From the human T2T-CHM13v2.0 reference genome, Homo sapiens, in NCBI RefSeq assembly GCF_009914755.1, contig NC_060927.1: a stretch of 64,000 bases of DNA, one strand, 5' to 3'. The notes under the pieces were generated by a model that saw only the letters and a program-made list of their open reading frames with translations, did no database searches and was not told the DNA's origin. The position numbers and the translations under genes are program-made. Of this stretch, positions 58,849-64,000 are shown piece after piece; within the stretch, counting starts at the first letter, position 1; the number at the start of each line of letters is the position of its first letter.

Positions 58849-59044
58849 AAACAATTCTCCCACCACAACCTCCCAAGTACTGGGACCACAGGCATGTGTC
58901 ACTATGCCCACTAAATTATTTTTTTGTAGAGATGGAGTCTCACTAGGTGGCCCAGCCTGGTCTCAAACTCCTGGACTCAGGCAATCCTCCTGCCTCGGCT
59001 TCTCAAAGTGCTGGAATTACAGGTGTAAGCCACCACGCCTGGCC
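58849..59044 (-). mobile_element. AluJ fragment lacking its 3' ~100 nt and tail, abutting the MST remnant
   Basis: cctcccaagtactgggaccacaggc..gccaccacgcctggcc. Confidence 0.88.
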
Positions 59045-59706
59045 TAAAATAACATTTTATATATACATTTTAACTCTTCGATTTTAAATTCATGGATGAT
59101 TAAGGTAATATGTTTCTTATCCATAACTCTGTGCTACACATAGCAAACATCCAGCTAAGATTTTTGCACATCTGGATGCCATCCCATTACTAACAATATC
59201 TGCATGCTTAGCTCTAGATAAGGACTTGCAGAGATTGTTGGATGAGGCTGGCAAAAGGGAGACATGAAATGTCCTGTTGATGAGTTGTCCTGTGTTTTTG
59301 ACTCTGAAGGAGACTCATTTGTTCCCCCATTTCATTTACTCTTGATAGCTCACCTACTTCCAAAACTGACCATGAGGTAGCTAAACGGTAGCTAGGACAA
59401 AATATAAAAGCGTATCTTTAAGATATCTTCCCTGAGACAACAAACCTATTTTTTTTTAAATTAAAGAACTAAGAGATATCTTGCTACCGTGCTTTTTTGC
59501 TATTTTTTTTTTAAATGGAGACTATAGTCTGTCCACTGAGCAACCCCGTGCTTCTATTTGTCTTGAGTTACTTTAACTTGTTTTTCTTCATTCTATGTTA
59601 TTGCTTTAGGGACAAGTAATAAATACTATGCTCAATGTTTATTTCGAATGAAGAATTGCTGCTGCTTTAACCTGCATTGTCTGTATTTTTTTTTTCCTTT
59701 CTCTAG

Positions 59707-59919
59707 GATCAGAATTCAGGCTATAAATGAAATTGGAGCTGGACCATTTAGTCAGTTCATTAAAGCAAAAACTCGGCCATTACCACCCTTGCCTCCTAGG
59801 CTAGAATGTGCTGCTGCTGGTCCTCAGAGCCTGAAGCTAAAATGGGGAGACAGTAACTCCAAGACACATGCTGCTGAGGACATTGTGTACACACTACAGC
59901 TGGAGGACAGAAACAAGAG
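59707..59919 (+). CDS. FNDC3B: FNDC3B coding exon (probable exon 23), 213 nt: (R)IRIQAINEIGAGPFSQFIKAKTRPLPPLPPRLECAAAGPQSLKLKWGDSNSKTHAAEDIVYTLQLEDRNK(R)
   Basis: Long pyrimidine tract, acceptor ctctag|G, donor GAG|gtgagg; phase 2-2; inside ORF 59648..59923. Confidence 0.96.
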
Positions 59920-60889
59920 GTGAGGTGGGGGTGAGGATGCTCCTGAAGCTTCTGTAGCTTTGGCTTGTGGGATGAAATCTCAATTGTACATTTTTATTTG
60001 CTTGCACTAAGACCCTCTTCCTTCTTGTTCAGAGGCTTCCTTTGACTTGAGCCCTGCGTTTTATACCCGGAGTCGTTCCTTTTATTCTCTATTTGGAATT
60101 TCTAAACATTCTAAAGATCCTGATTTCCCTACATAGCATAATACGCACTTTTTTTTCCTTTCATCAAGCCAGATAATGGAGAGAAAGTATCTAAAGAAAA
60201 TTGTCAAATTCAAGTTCACACTATGTAATAGCATTATATTAGTCATGAGTGCAGAGGGAAATAAGACCCAGGAAGAGATGTTACCTCTTTAAATATTCAG
60301 TAACCATCAGGACAAACATGTTTACCAATGTGAAATAGCTGTGGGTGATGTACAGATGGGGACTGTACTCTGTAACTATGGGCAATGCAATATCAAATTA
60401 ACCAGAGCAAATAGGAGATTCTTCATAAAACTCCATACCCAGGAAACATTCTTGGCTGTCAAAATCAAATGTAGCCTTTCACGTAGTATTTGTTTAACCT
60501 AACTTCATTTCCTCTGAAAATGTCCGATCAGAAGACAGCCAAACTGTATTTAGAAATAATCCAATGTCAAGCAAAAGTTAATGGTGACAGAATGTTCTGT
60601 TACCAAAAGTCCTAATCAGACAATCAGGTAAAGGGAATGGGAGATCACCATAAAACCAAAACAACCAAAATGCTACTTCCCTGCTTACCTACTGACACAC
60701 AAAACCAGTGTCAGGATAGAAGCATTTCTGTTATTTCCTTTTATGCATGATACTATTCTGTTCCTTCACGTATGGAACCCATTCTAGTTACACGGAAAAC
60801 CCTGTCCCAGTCTCCACCCCCTACTCTGCAGTCAAGCACTTTGATGGATTTCAGTACAGTGGAGTCCTGTGGGCCTTCAGTGGAGACCA

Positions 60890-61075
60890 AGATTAGAAAT
60901 CACATAAGACCCTACCTCTAGAAGCATAGTATCAATTTTTAAAATGGCCATAGAACATTAGTGTCAGAGGAAAAAATTGCTTTGGGAGTTTGAAGGAGGC
61001 AGAGACCATCTGGTTTAAAAGATCAGGAAAGATTTCTTGAAAGAGGTGACATTTGAGCTTGACTTTGGAGGACCT
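60890..61075 (-). mobile_element. L2 fragment
   Basis: gatcaggaaagatttcttgaaagaggtgacatttgagcttgactttggagga. Confidence 0.65.
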
Positions 61076-63367
61076 GGCAAACCTGGTAATTTTTATGACA
61101 GAACAAAACGTGATTATCCTCTTGGAAATTAGTTCTAGTGAAGAGAACACAGGGGAGGTAAAGCTTCTTTTGATAGGTTCATGAAAGATTAAATTCATAT
61201 CCACTGATACACAAGAGCATTCATCTTATTGTGCTATATGTGCCTTCGGATGTGTTTTCATGGGCTTTTTATTTTACTGGCTAGGGACAACTCAACAGGA
61301 GAGGGCTGGCAAGAACAGCAATTGTGAACTAACAGAAATCACAATCCATGTATAAAAAAACTAGCATTGGGGGAAATTTTTAAATGTCTTTTCATTTTTT
61401 CCCAGACCTGTGGCTTCCATTGGTGGTAAATCCTTAGAAAATAGCTTCTAGTTGTGCTGTTTTAGAAAAAAGTGAAGCACAGAAAAGTTGTTGAAAGTGG
61501 TAGCTAGCTGAGTTGGGATAAAGGCCAGTGCCTCCCAATTCCCCGTGCCCTGCCTCCACTGCCATCTTAGAAATGTGGGAAGTGAAGGCTCTGCCCCAAG
61601 GGCACCCCCTCTTGCTGCAATCCTGCCCTGTGTGGGGCAGCAGCCCACTAGTGCCTCATAGGGAGAACTATACAAATGTGTAGTCTGATCCAAGGTTTTC
61701 CATGACACGGTGGCTCCTGGGCAAAGAACAAAAGCTCCCCAAGCACTTTTCCAAATGAGGTTGCTGGCATGAGGCATTTAAATATGCCAGACAAAAAACA
61801 GTGCAGAATCTAGTAATCAATACATGTTGTTTCTTCCCCCCTCAAAAAGCCCAAGGCTTGCCTAATCAAATAAATGACTTGCCTAAATTTAAATGGCAAT
61901 TTAAGAAAACTTCGCATTAGGAACAGTATTTTTCTTAATTACAGGAGCTAGAGTCCAAATTTATCTTTTTAAATTAGATTTGTCAGTGCTCTCAGAAAGT
62001 TATTAAAGTGATGGGAATATAGAGCATAATAAATTCTCATTCTATTTGTGAATAATTTTCCTGAGATTTAATAGAATGAAAACAGCCTAATTTTAGTTTG
62101 AAGATGACCTTCCTCAGTGTCTTGAAACTGAACTCTTGTAGTGAGTGGCCTTTTGAATTCAAGCCTTTAACTTTGGATCTTGGCACATGGGTATCAAGGA
62201 GAAACAATTTGAGTTGGATACATCATAATACTTTTTATTAGCATAGCCTTTGTCAATCTAGCCTCCTCAAGGTTCTTTAGGACCTGGCTTCTGCAGTTGA
62301 AAAGAACAGTGTCTTCCTCCCAAGGGGCAGCTGTCTTTTTCATTGAACTTGTTGCTAGAGGAGCTTCTAGTTTTAAAGCACATACTCTTTAGCGTATGTG
62401 TTAATTTCATTAACCACCAGTAAGTTCTTCTTATGCATGTGGCCAAAATAATGATATATCCCGCTTGTGGCCAAGGTGAGAACCATAGATAGGCTTGTTA
62501 TTTTACTTTTCTTTCTTACCTGCAGGCTCTCAAAGATATTTTTTCTCCTTAAGTTTGAGCATATTTCATGTAAATAAAAGGGATCCCAAAGAGCATCTTG
62601 TGCGAACCCTTGGCTCAAGACAACCCAACCTAAAATTCATCTAGATCACCTGGACTTTTATGTTGAAAGGATTTTTCCCCCAGAATAGGACATTTGTTTC
62701 CCATCTATTCTGGCTTACAATACTGAAGAGTCCCAGTCCATATTTATGAAGGAAGCAGCCTTAAAGTGTTACCATGAACACTTTATAAACAGGCATTGTG
62801 GGCCTTTGAAAAGAAAGCTGCTGATGTCTGAGTTTTATGGGAGTCCTAGCCAGCTGTTTAAGTGTTCTTCTTAACACTTAAGTATATTTTGTAACAGAAG
62901 AAAAATGAAAATTAGTATATCTGCGCTTCATAATTATCATATTAAAGAGTTGAGTCGATTTTAGCAACTAAACTATTGCTCTCCAAATTTCCTTAATTCA
63001 TTAAATAAAGGGGTTAAACTAGAAGACGATCTCTGATATCTTTTCACCTTAAGGCAACAAATCTTTGTAGAGTATTTGTGAATTAAATCCTTTATGAAAA
63101 GGTGTCCCTTGTAAATGATTGGGGCATGTTGCCTCTTTTCCTTCATATTTTTAGTTTCTGCTATTCATAAGAAAATAAGAAAAATACTAACTTCCCTTAA
63201 GAGTAACTACTTAATGTCCAAAAACCCCTCAGGTTCTGCAACTATGATGCACTGATTTATGATGTTTATTTATATACCTCTCAGAAAATTTGAAATGACC
63301 AAGAGATTTACAAATGCAATGTTCAGCCAAAAATGTTTTTAACATTCTAAAGGATACTTATATTTTT

Positions 63368-63402
63368 ATTGTTGTTGTTTTGTTATTGTTGTTGTTGTTT
63401 TT
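63368..63402. repeat. Imperfect (TTG)n
   Basis: attgttgttgttttgttattgttgttgttgttttt. Confidence 0.8.
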
Positions 63403-63599
63403 ACAGCCTCCCTCCCAGGAAACTTGGATTTATTGCATGCCTACAGGAGCGCTAAGCATTGAGAGCTTTGTCTACATTATTTAGTTCTTGAGTAAAAAGG
63501 GAAATATTTTCTAGAAAGTAGGGTTTGTACCAAAGCCTTCTACCATTTAGGTGAAAAAAAAAACATAGTTTCTGATAAGTTGAATTGATTTCAACTTAC

Positions 63600-63990
63600 A
63601 ATTATTGGAGTTTTATATGTCAAATAGAGGCACTGCTTCAGTATTAGATGGACAAAGATGACTAAGATCCCTGCCCTTAAGGAACTCACAGTCTGGTGGG
63701 TAATGGTAGAACACAGATGCTTTAAAGCAAATTATGATGTGGAAGGCCTAAAGATTGACACATGCACAAGGTATAGAGGGAAAATTGAAGAATGGCATCT
63801 AAGGTAGGCTTAAAATCAAATGAACACTTCTTAGAAAAGATGACAGGTTGAGTGAGTCTTAAAGGATGCCAGTCTTGTAACCTCATGCATGGGGAGCATT
63901 GGGATGGAGACTAGTGATGAAGACTTGAGATAGGATGGAAATTACAGGCAAAACCTCCAAAGTATAGAAAGGTGCCCTGAGTCTTTCTCC
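63600..63990 (-). mobile_element. L2 3' region
   Basis: ccctgcccttaaggaactcacagtctggtggg; cttcttagaaaagatgacaggttgagtgagtcttaaaggatg. Confidence 0.75.
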
Positions 63991-64000
63991 AAGTAACTGT

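Overview
This is primate (most likely human) genomic DNA lying entirely inside the FNDC3B (FAD104) gene on the + strand. I reconstructed 14 consecutive coding exons between 4441 and 59919. All have canonical AG/GT boundaries and consistent phases, and they total 1947 nt (649 codons) of tandem fibronectin type III repeats. From memory these are exons 10-23 of the reference transcript; that numbering is unverified. The rest is intronic: about 27 Alu copies or fragments, MIR, L2 and old L1 pieces, MaLR LTRs with an MST internal remnant, hAT and Tigger MITEs, and microsatellites. Repeat family names come from recalled consensus sequences, not from a search. Nearly all ORFs in the track are Alu-derived, intron read-throughs or chance. 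There is no CRISPR array, RNA gene or prokaryotic system, and I cannot support a new biological system here. The best leads are modest: (1) an exon-16 read-through / intronic poly(A) switch embedded in inverted Alus; (2) a 108-bp tandem duplication of a transcription-factor-motif-rich block; (3) apparent polyadenylated retrocopies of LTR transcripts; (4) a template-switch palindrome inside an AluY; (5) several nested transposons with intact target-site duplications (TSDs).
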